This document shows, piece by piece, positions 47,338 through 60,129 of a stretch of 64,000 nucleotides of DNA (position 1 is its first letter; the number at the start of each line of letters is the position of its first letter). A program made the position numbers and the translations under genes. The notes beneath the pieces are model-generated. The model made no database searches. It saw nothing but the letters and a program-made list of their open reading frames with translations, and was not told the DNA's origin. Location: assembly GCF_963921235.1 (NCBI RefSeq), contig NC_086097.1, forward strand, positions 211,670,001 to 211,734,000. The letters run 5' to 3'. Source of the DNA: Mobula hypostoma. Lineage: Eukaryota.

Positions 47338-49194
47338 CCTTAAGGCAGGTTGATATGTTATTCTATTTCCAGTGAAGCCAGATGCTGTGCAATACAAACC
47401 GAAATATAGCCATTCAAATTCGGATTGAACACTTTCTGGATTGTGACATCCATTTTTCCAGAATACCAGGATCACCACCACGGTGGGCCAATTGGTTAAA
47501 AAAAAAGTGTTTTGTTTAGTAGCTTTAAAAATGAAATAAATGCATTGTATGGAGACTTTTGTAGTGGCTTTCACAACTTAAGGATGTTATAGTGTTCTAG
47601 ATCCAGTTGGTTTCTTTTGAAGCAAAATCACATGTCATGTTGGAAACTTGGACATCTTTTTATGCACAACATGTTCCCACAAACAACAATATGATGACAG
47701 CATGGCATCCTCTGCATGTGTGATCTTCTCTATGCGATAGATATTAGCTGTGATGGTAGCCAAAATTTCCCTTGCCCTTTTCGAGTTGTGTCTTTTTGCT
47801 GAACCACTGTAATTGTATCATATTGTAGTAGCTCCATATTCAGTAAAAAAAAGGTAACTTTCTGTTTTATGTACAATATATAACAAAAATTGCTATCGTC
47901 TTAACTTTTCCTCAGAATTACATTGTGCTATTTTAATTTCTTCACAGTTTTATGCATCTTGCTTCTGAAGTTTTAAATTGTGTTCTAACTTTAATGAACC
48001 AATAAAATCAGCTAGACTTGACTTTGTACAGAAGTAATTTTATATATTTTCCCTAACTACTATTCATTTATACATGTAAAAGGAAGTCTGTTTTGAAAAC
48101 CTCTGAAAGCTTTCTCTGTTATGAATTGTGCCATTCTGCGATTTAAAATTACAAACACATGAGTTTAATAGACTCCATCTAGATGAACAAAATTGGTTGG
48201 CTGTGGTCCTTGTCTCGATCTCATCTGATGTTTTCATACATGTAATAGCTATTGAACATTGTACTGATTAAAGCAGGACAGACTGGAACATATGCCTTAA
48301 TCTAGCAAATCTGCCATTTCTTTGGGTAAAACCTTTCTTGATTTTTTTTTAACTGAAAATTACATTTGCTAAAGAATATAAACCGAATACAAGTGTGTTT
48401 CCTCTCAAGTTAATGTATCAGTCTTACAGTATGTCAAGGCTAAAGTGACAATTTTATATCAGTCAGTCTGGAGACAATTGAATAATTCTACTATCAAATA
48501 AGAGTCATTCCTACAAATCAGCAACTGATAGAAATGAAATTTTTGTGTGCATAATGCAAATATTGTGCCATTTTAATAGAAAAATACTTTAACTGAGAAA
48601 AATGGCTGTTGTTTCTGTTTTCTTCACTTTTTAGGTAGATTTGTTTTACAAATAAATCAATTCTACTGCATTATAAGCTGAAGTGAGTGATGTATTCTAC
48701 CTACTTCCAGCACTTGGATGATGCGTTGTTGTTTAGACATCTTGTTGCTTTGATGAGGTGAAATCACGAGAATAGAAAAGCAGTCACTACATTGTGCTCC
48801 TTTTAATTTTAGTCACAGATTCAGAAAATAGATGAAGGAGTATTTTCAGGTTGTGATTGTGCAGCATTGTTGAGACTGCTGCATATCTGGGAAGATACTG
48901 GCCACCAGAAGTGCATGGGGAAAGAAATCCATTAAATACCACTTTATCTGATCTCTCGAGTCAGTGCAGGCAGGGTGGTAGTTAGGGTAGTGGGATGCAC
49001 CTCTTGCAAAATGAGGTAAGCCTGCAAAACTCATGGTCTCCCTAAACATCCATGTTTAGATCTGTCCAGGTCAACAACCATGAGGTATCAATGAACATGG
49101 CGGAGGGCTGAACTGGTATATATAAAAGTTTGCAAGTATGCATGTGTGTTTGCCTAATGTACCAACTATCAGACAGCTTTGGGTAGCCTGTTAA

Positions 49195-51110
49195 AGACCA
49201 TAAGACATAGGAGCAGAATTAGGCCATTTGGCCCATCAAGTCTGCTCTGCCACTTAATCATGGCTGATCCTTTTTTTAAATCTCCTCCTCAATCCCAGTT
49301 CCCAGCCTTCTCCCCATAACCTTTGATGCCATGTCCAATCAAGAACCTATCAATCTCTGCCTTAAATACACCCAATGACCTGGCCTCCACAGCTGCATGT
49401 GGCAACAAATCCCACAAATTCACCACCCTTTGGCTAAAGAAATTTCTCTGCATCTCTGTTTTGAAAGGGTGCCCCTCTATCCTGAGGCTGTTCCCTCTTG
49501 TCCTAGACTCCCTCACCATGGGAAACATCATAGAACCATAGAACCATAGAAACTACAGCACAGAAACAGGCCTTTTGGCCCTTCTTGGCTGTGCCGAACC
49601 ATTTTCTGCCTAGTCTCACTGACCTGCACACGGACCATATCCCTCTATACACCTCCCATCCATGTATCTGTCCAATTTATTCTTAAATATTAAAAAAGAA
49701 CCCGCATTTACCACCTCATCTGGCAGCTCATTCCATACTCCCACTAACTCTCTGTGTGAAGAAGCCCCCACTAATGTTCCCTTTAAAATTTCCCCCCCTC
49801 ACCCTTAACCCATGTCCTCTGGTTTTTTTCTCCCCTTGCCTCAGTGGAAAAAGCCTGCTTGCATTCACTCTATCTATACCCATCATAATTTTATATACCT
49901 CGATCAAATCTCCCCTCATTCTTCTACGTTCCAGGGAATAAAGTCCTAACCTATTCAACCTTTCTGTGTAACTGAGTTTCTCAAGTCCTGGCAACATCCT
50001 TGTAAACCTTCTCTGCACTCTTTCAACCTTATTTATATCCTTCCTGTAATTTGGTGACCAAAACTGAACACAATACTCCAGATTCGGCCTCACCAATGCC
50101 TTATACAACCTCATCATAACATTCCAGCTCTTATACTCAATACTTCGATTAATAAAGGTCAATCTACCAAAAGCTCTCTTTACGACCTTATCTACCTGTG
50201 ACTCCACTTTTAGGGAATTTTGTATCTGTATTCTCAGATCCCTCTGTTCCACTGCACTCCTCAGTGCCTTACCATTAACCCTGTATGTTCTACCTTGGTT
50301 TGTCCTTCCAACGTGCAATACCTCACACTTGTCAGTATTAAACTCCATCTGCCATTTTTCAGCCCAATTTTCCAGCTGGTCCAAGTCCCTCTGCAGGCTC
50401 TGAAAACCTTCCTCACTGTCTACTACACCTTCAATCTTTGTATCATCAGCAAACTTGCTGATCCAATTTACCACATTATAATCCAGATCATTGATATAGA
50501 TGACAAATAACAATGGACCCAGCACTGATCCCTGTGGCACACCACTAGTCACAGGCCTCCACTCAGAGAAGCAATTTTCTACCACCACTCTCTGGCTTCT
50601 TCCATCGAGCCAATGTCTAATCCAATTTACCACCTCTCCATGTATACCTAGCGACTGAATTTTCCTAACTAACCTCCCATGCGGGACCTTGTCAAAGGCC
50701 TTACTGAAGTCCATGTATACAATATCCACTGCCTTCCCTTCATCCACTTTCCTGGTAACCTCCTCGAAAAACTCCAACAGATTGGTCAAACATGACCTAC
50801 CACGCACAAAGCCATGTTGACTCTCCCTAATAAGCCCCTGTGTATCCAAATGCTTGTAGATTCTGTCTCTTAGTACTCCCTCCTATAACTTACCTACTAC
50901 TGACATTAAACTCACCGGCCTATAATTTCCCAGATTACTTTTCGATCCTTTCCACATCGACTCTATCTGGGCCTTTCACCATTCGAAAGGTTTCAATGAG
51001 ATCCCCCCTCATGCTTCTGAATTCCAGCAAGTACAGACCCAGAGCCATCAAACACTCCTCATATGATAACTTTTCATTCCTGGAATCATCCTTGTGAACC
51101 TCCTCTGGAC
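49195..51110 (-). mobile_element. CR1 3' fragment split by a second CR1
   Basis: 49195-49529 (MFPMVRESRTRG..) continues at 50946-51110. Confidence 0.88.
49530..50945 (-). mobile_element. CR1 RT + 3' end
   Basis: 373-aa ORF 49728-50849 (YMDFSKAFD, GVPQGSVLGP, FADD) and (CCATAGAA)n tail. Confidence 0.95.
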
Positions 51111-51334
51111 TATCAAGGCCATCGGTTGTGAAAGGTGATTCCTGAGCATTCAGGTTGCCAGAGTGATGTTCGCATATTCAGTCAGGGGAACAGTATAGTG
51201 GCACATTTGTCTGTGAGTGTGTTTGTGTGTTTTAGGATAACTTGCGAAACATGAGTTTTAAGTGCAAAGGGGAATACAACTGGCATCATAGGTTCAGCAG
51301 CACATAAGTGAAAGATTGCAGAGTACATACTCAG

Positions 51335-51415
51335 CAACGCAAAGAAAATGCTGAAGGAACACAGCAGGCCAGGCAGAGTTAACAGTCGACTTTTCAGGCC
51401 GAGTCCCTTCATCTG
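51335..51415 (-). mobile_element. Penelope-derived short repeat with a partial hammerhead
   Basis: Minus strand: GATGA-AGGGACTCGGCCT-GAAAA-GTC-GACTG. Confidence 0.7.
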
Positions 51416-52769
51416 TTACGAGACGCTCCCAATCACTCCAGCTTCCGAGATTTAAACGCTCTAACTCTCCGGATTGTGGAGAGCTGCTGCAGCCTCATTG
51501 AGGGCTTAGGATGTTCCCGTTGATTGATAATCATGTGTTCAGTGCCAAGAATTGAGTATTTAAGGAACAACTGAACATAGGTTCAGTGCTCAATTGTAAG
51601 CCTATCAGTGATTTTGTCTAGCGTTTGTCTTGTGCTCACTTTCTCAATCCTAGCCTTGGATACTTCAGCATTTGGGGGTGTATTCTCACAAACACCTTCT
51701 CTCATGTTTGTGAAAGTACATACTTGGTGGTTTTAAGTACGTACCGTTTAATTTTTATCCATCCTTTATATTTTGCTCAGTATGGGAATCAGTGTGGAGA
51801 TATTAGAGGGAAAAGTTACACCCAGATATATCTTTTGTGATGGCACCTATTGAGGTCAGACAATGTCAGGTCGAGAACCCTGATGACCCCAGCCCAGCCC
51901 TTGATCCTGATTACCAACATTCGCAGACCCTTCACACCCAGGGAGAAGCAGGGCATTTTTTTCAAAGCTGCCCTCATTTAAAGTCACTTGTTGGAATTCG
52001 GAATTTTGGCACAAGCTTAAAAAAATTATTGGAATTCACCAAATGCACCCCAAGGATACTCATGTGTTGGTAAAAGTGAAATTCGCAAGGAATTGGTGGG
52101 ACTGTAATGCCGAGGGAATGTAGAATGGTACATGGGCCAGTGCAGGGTAATGTAATTGGTGGAAATGTACATAATTCACAACACCAATATTGAGTTGGGG
52201 TTCAATTTAAGAGGCTGGTCTGACGTGATGATGTAATTACATGACGTACTTTGTGTTCAGTGATTTGCTTACAATAAATGAGTTGTTACGTTTTTTCTTA
52301 AACATAAGCTGCCTCACGCCATTTTATTTGTGAAACCCTACATTGATGCTCTGAGATGATTCCAGAGTTACTGAAAATTAATGCGAACACATTCGCTTTG
52401 AAACTGCCGGAGTTTTGGGAGCAAAATGCCATTGCTTGGTTTGTACAAGCCAAAGCCCAATTTGTGCTGTGAGAAAACACTACAGACCATACCAAATTCT
52501 ACTATGTGGTAGAGTCGCTGAGTGGTTGAACAGCATCGAGAGTGGTGAGTCTACCTGAACACAATTGTCGAAAATTCACCTTTAACAGACTTTCGGACTA
52601 ATGGAGTCTGAGCATGCCAAACAGTTACTCTCCTTGCCAGGCCTCGGCAATGCTAGGCCGTCAGAGCTAATGGACTACATGTTGTCTCTCCTGGGAAATC
52701 ACCATCCTTGTTTTATTTTTAAAGAACTCTTCATGCAGTAAATACCTGATCAAGTTCACATAGGCCTAG

Positions 52770-52856
52770 TGTGACGATATCCTGAGTTACTCATTATGGA
52801 CTGTGCTTTTAAAAAGAGAGAGAGAGAGCATGCGGCTGTACAGCACCAACAACTTG

Positions 52857-52894
<38 letters not shown>

Positions 52895-53586
52895 GAAGAC
52901 TGCTCATAGTTTGTTTGGGATTTCTGCAAGGACACTGCCAGCTTCTGAGTTCCTACAGAGAGAGAAGGGAGGAGCTACTTGATGGACAGCTGGTGTTCGG
53001 CACAACAGTATTTAAACCAGCGTCATTGCTTGTTTCATAGGACACGCAGACACGCTAAGGTGTGGTGAAGTTACCACTATCCTGTTCAGGTGCCCACGGT
53101 GTGGGACTGAGGATTGATCTGTGATTATTAGTGCATGAAAGAGTGACCCTGTGGAGTCACCAGTTTGTCTAACCTTTGGCTGGGTTGGTAGACTATCACT
53201 TGAAGACGGCGCTCTTAAGTTGGTCAAGTTTGGCTAACTTGGAAGTGTCGGAGGACAACTGGAAGAATCGACGGCATCGGCTTACTCAGACAACCACAAC
53301 ATCGCTCTCTCTCCATCACTACTCAGCTCAAGACCACAAACTGAACTGATTTCATTTATCCATCATCGTAAGACTGTATCCATTTACCTCCTAGGTTTGA
53401 AGAAGCTTGGTTTTTAAGTTTCCACACATATATATGCATGAACTTTGCTAATCTGTTTGATTTATCTGAATTTATATTACTGTATTGCGTAGTTACTAAT
53501 AAACGAGCATTAGTTAACAGCAATACCAGACTCCAGGGTGTTTTCCATTTCTGCTGGCTCTTTAACCCGTTACGGGGTACATAACA
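52770..53586 (+). mobile_element. Solo LTR nested in Gypsy gag
   Basis: TGTGAC...ATAACA with perfect 4-bp TSD CTAG (52766-52769, 53587-53590), internal (GA)n runs and AATAAA near 53498. Confidence 0.85.
52861..52891. repeat. (AG)n microsatellite
   Basis: About 15 perfect AG units. Confidence 0.95.
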
Positions 53587-56460
53587 CTAGCTAATGCACC
53601 CATGAAGGACTATAGGAGCTTGTAAAAAAAATGGCTGATAGTCTATACTCAACCAGCCTCTTTTTCTTACCTCAATAAGCCAGGTCTGCAAGGCCTCCAA
53701 GATAAACATATGAAACAGACTACTAACTAATGCTGAGAAACAAACTACGTCGGGCCTGTGTTTTTACCCTGCTTGCTTTGGTACAAATGCTAGGAAGTGC
53801 CAACAGCTAGCACATCTGGACATCAGAGGTCGGTGAACACTGTGGTTCCAGCTGCCAGGGTCATCTACTGTTCATCATGGACCCTCTTTCAGGGAGATGC
53901 TTCCTTTATGACCCGGGTGCTCAAGTGAGTGTGCTGAGCATTGCCTATTGATGAGAAGGCAAAGAGCGAGGAAACCTTGCTGGAAGCTGACAATGGCAGC
54001 TGGATCCAGACTTACAGGACACGGCATGTGATGCTCAGCTTGAGTGGGTGCCGTCACACATGGGAATCTGTCCTGGCTGAAGTGCCTAGACCTCTGCTCG
54101 CTGCAGATTTCCTGTGTGCCCAGAGACTATTAGTTGATCTCAAGAACTGTCGGCATGTGGATGTTGAGGACTTTGGGTAGTTACCCTCCTTCCCGGTAAG
54201 TTCCCCACAACAATTCTGTCCAGTGCACGCACCACCGCATGTGAGTTTACTTGACTGCTGGGCGAATTCCCAAACCTCACCAAGCCCACATTCTCCACTA
54301 CAGTCACAAAACATGGGGACGAGCGCCACATTTCCGGAACTGGCCCACTGGTCCGTGCATTCATCAGCATCTGGGTTGCTCGGTTTGGCACCCCATTTGG
54401 TATCTCCTCTGACTGTGGACCCCAATTCATATCAGACATCTGGGCTGTGATGGCGCAGAAGCCTGGTGTTAGGCTACATCACACCATGGTGTATCACCCG
54501 CAGTCCAATAGCCTATGCGAGCGGTTTCACCGCTCCTTAAATGCTGCTCTGAGGGCTTCGCTGACAGATGAGTGTTGGCACGATTGTCTCCGGTGGGTCC
54601 TGCTGGGGTTCAGAGCAGCTCTGAAAGAGGACCTGCTGCCATCCGCAGTTCAGCTGGTATATGGGCAGCCATTACGGATGCCAGGTGATTTCATTCCTGA
54701 TGCTACCACCGCTTGGTCAGCCTCTCAACAGCGATCCACCCTCCTCAGTAAATCCAATTCCTATTCCTACCTCCCATCAGGATGTGCAACACTGTTGGGT
54801 TCCTGTTGACCTTCATTCTGTGTCATTTGTTTCTGTCCGCCATGGTGCACACCAACATCCCCTCAAGCCCCCTTGCAATGGTGCATTCTGTGTTTTGGAA
54901 CAGAGAGAGAGGATTTTTGTCATAAATAAGAGAGGTAAACCTTGGATATGTTTTGGTAGATCACCTTAAACCAGCCCTCCAATATTTGGAGCATTTCGCT
55001 ACTATGCCCGTGCCATCACGACATGGCCTTGAGCTGTCCACACACCTCTGGATGAGTCAGAAACACCTGCTGTTCCTCCACCCATAGTACACAGGACCCA
55101 AGCTGGCAGCTCAATCGAGGCCTGGACAGGCTCACAATGCCAGTTTTAGTGAATTCTGGTGTGGCGGCCTGTGTAGGGTAATGTAATGGGTGGAAAACTA
55201 CATAATTCACAACCACTGATATTGAGTTGCGGTTCACTTTAAAAGGCTGGACTGACGTGATGACATAATTACATGAAGCACTGTTACCACGCATTGTGTT
55301 CAGTGATTTGATTACAATAAATGAGTTGTTATGGTTTTTCTTAAACGTAAATGCCTCTCATTGTTTTATTTGCAAAGACCTACACCAGTAATGAAGAGAG
55401 AAATTGGTTCTTTAAAGGGGAAGTGAGGCAGCAACTGAAGGGAGGTCAGAGTAGCTGGAAAATGATGATGTCTGTAGTTCAGAGAACCGATGAGCTTGCT
55501 ATGGATTATGCAGAATGTAAATATCGAGTGTATAAGGAATACTCAGGGTTGGACAATCCAGCGAGGGAGAATCCAGCCTTCCTGAAAATGCTGAAGGAAG
55601 GCCTGAGCTGAGCCCACCAGGAAGTTTTAGATTTGGGATTGACTTAAATCAAGGTAGTAGCATAGACCGGGGAGATAGACTGGAAGAGGGGGAAGTCATA
55701 AAGTGGCTGTAGTGGATGTAGCTGAAAGAACAGAGGACTTGTTTTGTGTGCCAGCAACCAGGGCACCTAGCAAGGGAATGCCAGAATAGACATAGAGGAT
55801 AAAGGAGATGATTTGTTATAGCTGTGGCCTATTGGGCCAGTGTTGGAGGCAGTGCCCTAAAAAAAAAAGAGGAAGGTGTGAGAGTTACTCACTAAAACAG
55901 GCAGAAATGACAGCGGTCTGTACAATCTGTACAATCAGATTATAGAGCTGGTGAGGTCAGCATCCATGTCAGACCAACAGCTCTCCATTGCCAATACTGG
56001 TCACCCAAGGATGTACACAACAGCATTGTTAGGGGGCCGGCAGTGTGGTATACTAGTGGTCAGAGGGGCATTGGGATCAATAACTGACCTACCATTGCCC
56101 ATGACAGGAGAAGCAATTTACATTCCCAGTGCAGCGGGTGAAACGATGAGGGCAGACAGAGGAGAGACTAAGGTTCTTGAGATTGAGAAAATGCAGCTTC
56201 TTGTGGATTTTTGAGTGTGTACAAACAATGAGGGAACTGTACTGGTGATAGACACACTAAGTAAAGCAGCCACTAGCATAGATTCAGAAAGGGAGAATTA
56301 AGATGGATAAGGCAGGGACAGAAAATGTGTGTACTCCCCAAAGCAGACAACATGGCCCACAGAGAGACAGCAGCCCCAAGCAAGGAGGGGAAACAGGACA
56401 ATGTGTGGGAATCATATCAGGAGGTCCCATAGGTAAGGGCAATACACAGCCAGGAACTGA

Positions 56461-57250
56461 TCAAAGGTTCAAAGGTTCATTTATTATCAAAGTATACAAT
56501 TCTGAAATTCTTCTTCTCTGGGTAGCCATGAAACCAAGAAAGAAAAGAAAGGAAGCATGATTATCAAACCCCAAATACCCTCTCCCAGCAAAAAAGAAAT
56601 GAACAAAAATGGAACAGGCATATCAACCTCCAAATCTCTTCTCCTGCACAAAAAAAAATGAACAAAGAGAGAAAAGGCACATTAGCCCCCAAATCCCCCT
56701 CCCTGCATTAAAAAAAGGAGGAAGATTGGACGAAAAATACAGATTATAAAAAACTCTAAGACTGAAAAGAAGTCTGTAGTCCAAGTCCACATCCAAAACG
56801 CAGAAAACCTGTGCAACACTCTCTGGACACGGCAGCAGGCTCTCCGTTTCTGGTACAGAGCAATGAAACAGCAGGCGGCTGGCACTCACCCTACACCTTC
56901 GCCTCACTGTTTCAATCTCCCTCGTCACTTTAATCGGCTAACAATGGAAGCTTTAATGGGTGAAATTGAGTCGAACATCGGCTTGCACCTGTCCCATAGC
57001 CTGTCTGGCATCAGGCTCGCGCATGCTGCCTCTGCCTCCCGGAATCCTCTCAGAGATCACAGAGAGCTGGAGCTCCCAAACGATCCCCAAACAGCAAATC
57101 GCAGGCTCCAGCAGTTCCAGAATCACATTCAAGACAAAAAAACAAATGTGAGAGATGTAACAGAAGTGAAATATATGGTTTCATGATTTATCCAGAAGAT
57201 GCTGACCGAAGGAGCATTGTACACAGGCTCCACCTTGACCGGAAGTCATG
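56461..57250 (-). mobile_element. Non-autonomous retroposon with a Rex1-like tail and LINE-like 5' head
   Basis: (GAACCTTT)n tail and ATAAAT at the left end; minus-strand head ACTTCCGGTCAAGGTGGAG; no RT remnants. Confidence 0.6.
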
Positions 57251-57949
57251 GAAGTCATGCTGAATGCAATTCAGCCATGCACGGAGATAGCAGCAGTTAA
57301 AGCCACACCAGAAAGGGGAGCGTAAGGAGCAGAAAGGCAATGAGTCTGATGATCACAGGGCAAAGAGAGCATCAGAGAAACATGAGACAACAGGAAATGC
57401 AATTGCATAGTAAGAAACTACCGAAGTCAATTTAGTAAAATCGTATGGGATAGGAAGGACAATTGTAATCAGGTTAATACAATGAGCAACAGTGCAATAG
57501 AACAGCAACATATTGCTGATTGGAGAAATTCAGAGGGAGAGAAGATGGGCCACACACAACTGGGTGACCAATTGTGGGCGGTCACCGCCTGAAAAGGCAG
57601 CTTATGCTCCCAAGGGCATAGGACCACAGGTTTTGCTTCTGACAATGACACTTGTGTTTGTATATAGACTCAGCAAGACAGCTGGTAGAAACACTGGGCT
57701 CAGGTTAAACCGTATGACTCATCTCCTTGTCAACATCACAGGCAGAGCAAGAGATCAAGTCCACCCATTAACAGTGTCATTACAGAGAATCTAAGTGACA
57801 AACACCAGCTTGCTGCATCACATCTGACCACACCTGATGGAAGTAGACCCACAGATGAAAGAGAATGGAAATGCAAATGCAGAAGACAGAGAGAGAGCAT
57901 GTCAGCTAACTGTGAATAATGTTTGCTGTATAATGGTAACTATGAAATC

Positions 57950-58786
57950 TTCTAGGGCTTCAAGCTGGGAACAGCTATCAATTATAACTGACGTTTTGAT
58001 GACAAACTCTGCCATCCTTTTCAGGGATGATGCCTGGGCATGTCTAGTCCGGGTGGTATTTATAACCCTATATTCCATCCCTCCTGATTGGTTAGTTCTC
58101 ATCCAGCAGGTTTCCGCTCTCCCAACTTGTTTACAATTGAATTCCAGCTCTTACTTAGAGCAAGACCTTCATCTTTTAAAGAATTCTTTTTCTCTAGTTT
58201 TATTTCAATGGCTTCCTTTACCAACAGTCCGAAAAGCCATTAGAAAGGCACAGTAGTTTTGTGCCGAAGTCAATTCCATGGCCGTTGCGAACATAATGTT
58301 CTGCTGCCGTCGATTTCTCCAGGTAACCCGAACAGATACACTTTCTGTGCTCCTTGATGTGGGTTTCCACCGTGCATCCTATCTGGCCAACATAAATGAA
58401 GTTTCGGGCGAAAACCTTCATCTGGACTGGTCATACAGCCCTGATGAGGGGTCTTGGCTCAAAACATCACCTGTACTCCTTTCCATAGATGCTGCCTGGC
58501 CTGCTGAGTTCCTCCAGCATTTTGCGTGTCTTGCTCAGATTTCCAGCATGTGCAGATTTTCTCTTGTTTGCATACATTGAGCTTCCTTATGGGTTTGCAG
58601 ATGGTATTAACCCGGTATTTCTTCAGGGTCCTGGCAATCCTTCCAGAAACGGTGGAAATATAGGGAAGACAGGTGGTAGCAAGGGGCTCCCCTTCATTAT
58701 TAGGTCTCCTGGTTTTTCTGTCAGCCCTTTTTGTGCTATAAGTTGGACAAACTTGGGTTATTTTCAATGGAGTGGTGTTGACAAAT
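57950..58786 (-). mobile_element. Penelope-like element remnant, Poseidon-type GIY-YIG end
   Basis: LPYISTVSGRIARTLKKY and IYVGQIGCTVETHIKEH..KSTAAEH; degenerate hammerhead-like fold at 57986-58030. Confidence 0.8.
58433..58570 (+). mobile_element. Penelope-derived short repeat nested in the Poseidon remnant
   Basis: CAGCC-CTGATGA-GGGGTCTTGGCTC-AAAAC-ATC followed by the family's terminal segment. Confidence 0.8.
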
Positions 58787-58832
58787 AGTCATAGTCATAG
58801 TCATACTTTATTAATCCCGGGGGAAATTGGTT
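58785..58832 (-). mobile_element. Rex1 3' tip of about 48 bp
   Basis: (ATAGTC)n ATACTTTATT AATCCCGGGGGAAATTGGTT. Confidence 0.85.
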
Positions 58833-58834
58833 CA

Positions 58835-59215
58835 AAGAGGAGGTCTGACAAATGTGTAAAAATTATGAGAGGCAAAAATAGAGCAGAGAGCTGACATCTT
58901 TTTTCCCAGGGTTGAACTCTCTAAAACCGGAGGGCATGTATTTAAGGTGAGAGGAGCTAACTTCAAAGGAGATGCGAGTGGCAATTTTTTTTTTTAAATA
59001 CACAGAGAGTGGAATGTGCTTCTTGGGGTGCTAGTGAAAGTAGATATGATAGAGGCACTCAAAAGGTTCTCAGATGGGCATGGGAACGTGCAGGAAAAGA
59101 AAGGATATAGATATTGAAAGGATTAGTTTAGTTGGGCATTTGATTACTTACGTAATTAGTTTGGCACACTATTGTTGGCTGAAGGGTGTGTTCCTGTGCT
59201 GTACCATTCTATACG
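58835..59215 (+). mobile_element. Old CR1 3' fragment
   Basis: Degenerate RGGLT..KIMRG..TGGHVFKV segment and 3' UTR. Confidence 0.7.
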
Positions 59216-60129
59216 ATATGTTTTGAACAGTATGGTTCTAAGCCATTGTACGGTACAATAATGTATTGCTCAGGAGACTAGTTGTTAAGCTACTGGATTC
59301 AAGAAACAGAGTACAGTTGCTAGAAAATTATTGTGAAAGATAATTCACTAAAACTGGGCTGATAATTGACTTGGAATGGTTTCCACTAATGTCATAACTT
59401 CACTGTAAATATAGCAGACACTCTCATTCCAACTATGATGTCAAAACCTATTGTTGGCACCTCTTTATCACTGCAGATGTAGTGTAGAAATCTGCACCTG
59501 CTGCAGCCTGACCTGCAAACATCTTGAAGGACTGAGGGCAACCCCTGTTGGTGTGTCTCAATCACTAGAGCACAAATCTGTGAAGCGAAGTCCTTCCAAG
59601 CCACGGAAACACTGGCTATCCGGTATGTATTGGCATAAAGCAAATGATACTGTATGTGCTGTGCTTGACAGGAAAACTGACTTGAATCAGCTTTCCAAGG
59701 AAAGGAAATCTGAATTTACAAGTCATAGAATTTCTGTTATTGATAGGCTTCTCAATTGTGTAGCACTTTTACAGAATGGGCCCATGTGGCCAGCAAGGTG
59801 CTTGTATGGAAAAGAAGACCCTGAGACGGATCTTTCTGCAGGAACCACCCACCACTTTTTTGCTTTCCATCAGGCTGCATGTATGAAAGTGGACAGTGAG
59901 TGATTGTTGACAAACTGCTCTGTCTGTTAAGCTGCACTGTTTCATTAGCGGCTGTTACAGCAACACAGGTTTATAACCGAATGAACAATCAGTAATTGCT
60001 CAAGGAATCTAAGGAGGAAATGAGGAAAAAGAAAAGCAAGGAAATTCATGAATTAGTCAGGGAGAATGCTCTCTCATAGACAATGCATAACTAAAGAGAA
60101 AGTGAATAGAAATCACCATGTTAAATGAT

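Larger units (their letters stand above)
52141..55384 (+). mobile_element. Gypsy LTR retrotransposon (CsRn1-like), internally deleted
   Basis: LTRs 52141-52342 and 55172-55384; perfect 4-bp TSD CCAG. Gag LKLPEFWEQNAIAWF, protease PLLAADFL and integrase YHPQSNSLCERFHRSL are present; RT/RNase H is absent. Confidence 0.92.
51414..57800 (+). mobile_element. Decayed LTR retroelement remnant (gag with two zinc knuckles, protease); boundaries uncertain
   Basis: CFVCQQPGHLAREC (about 55740-55781), degenerate CYSCGLLGQCWRQC (about 55814-55855) and a protease-like segment in 55951-56214. Possible LTR from TGTTACG (51414) with PBS-like TGGCACC (51841). No 3' LTR found. Confidence 0.5.

Noticed and set aside
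48819..48850. Peptide IQKIDEGVFS after an AG, resembling a leucine-rich-repeat exon
   Set aside because: Too short, weak donor site and no second supporting exon; likely chance.
59451..59903. 150-aa ORF in non-repeat sequence
   Set aside because: TTG start, no recognisable domain and no convincing splice signals.
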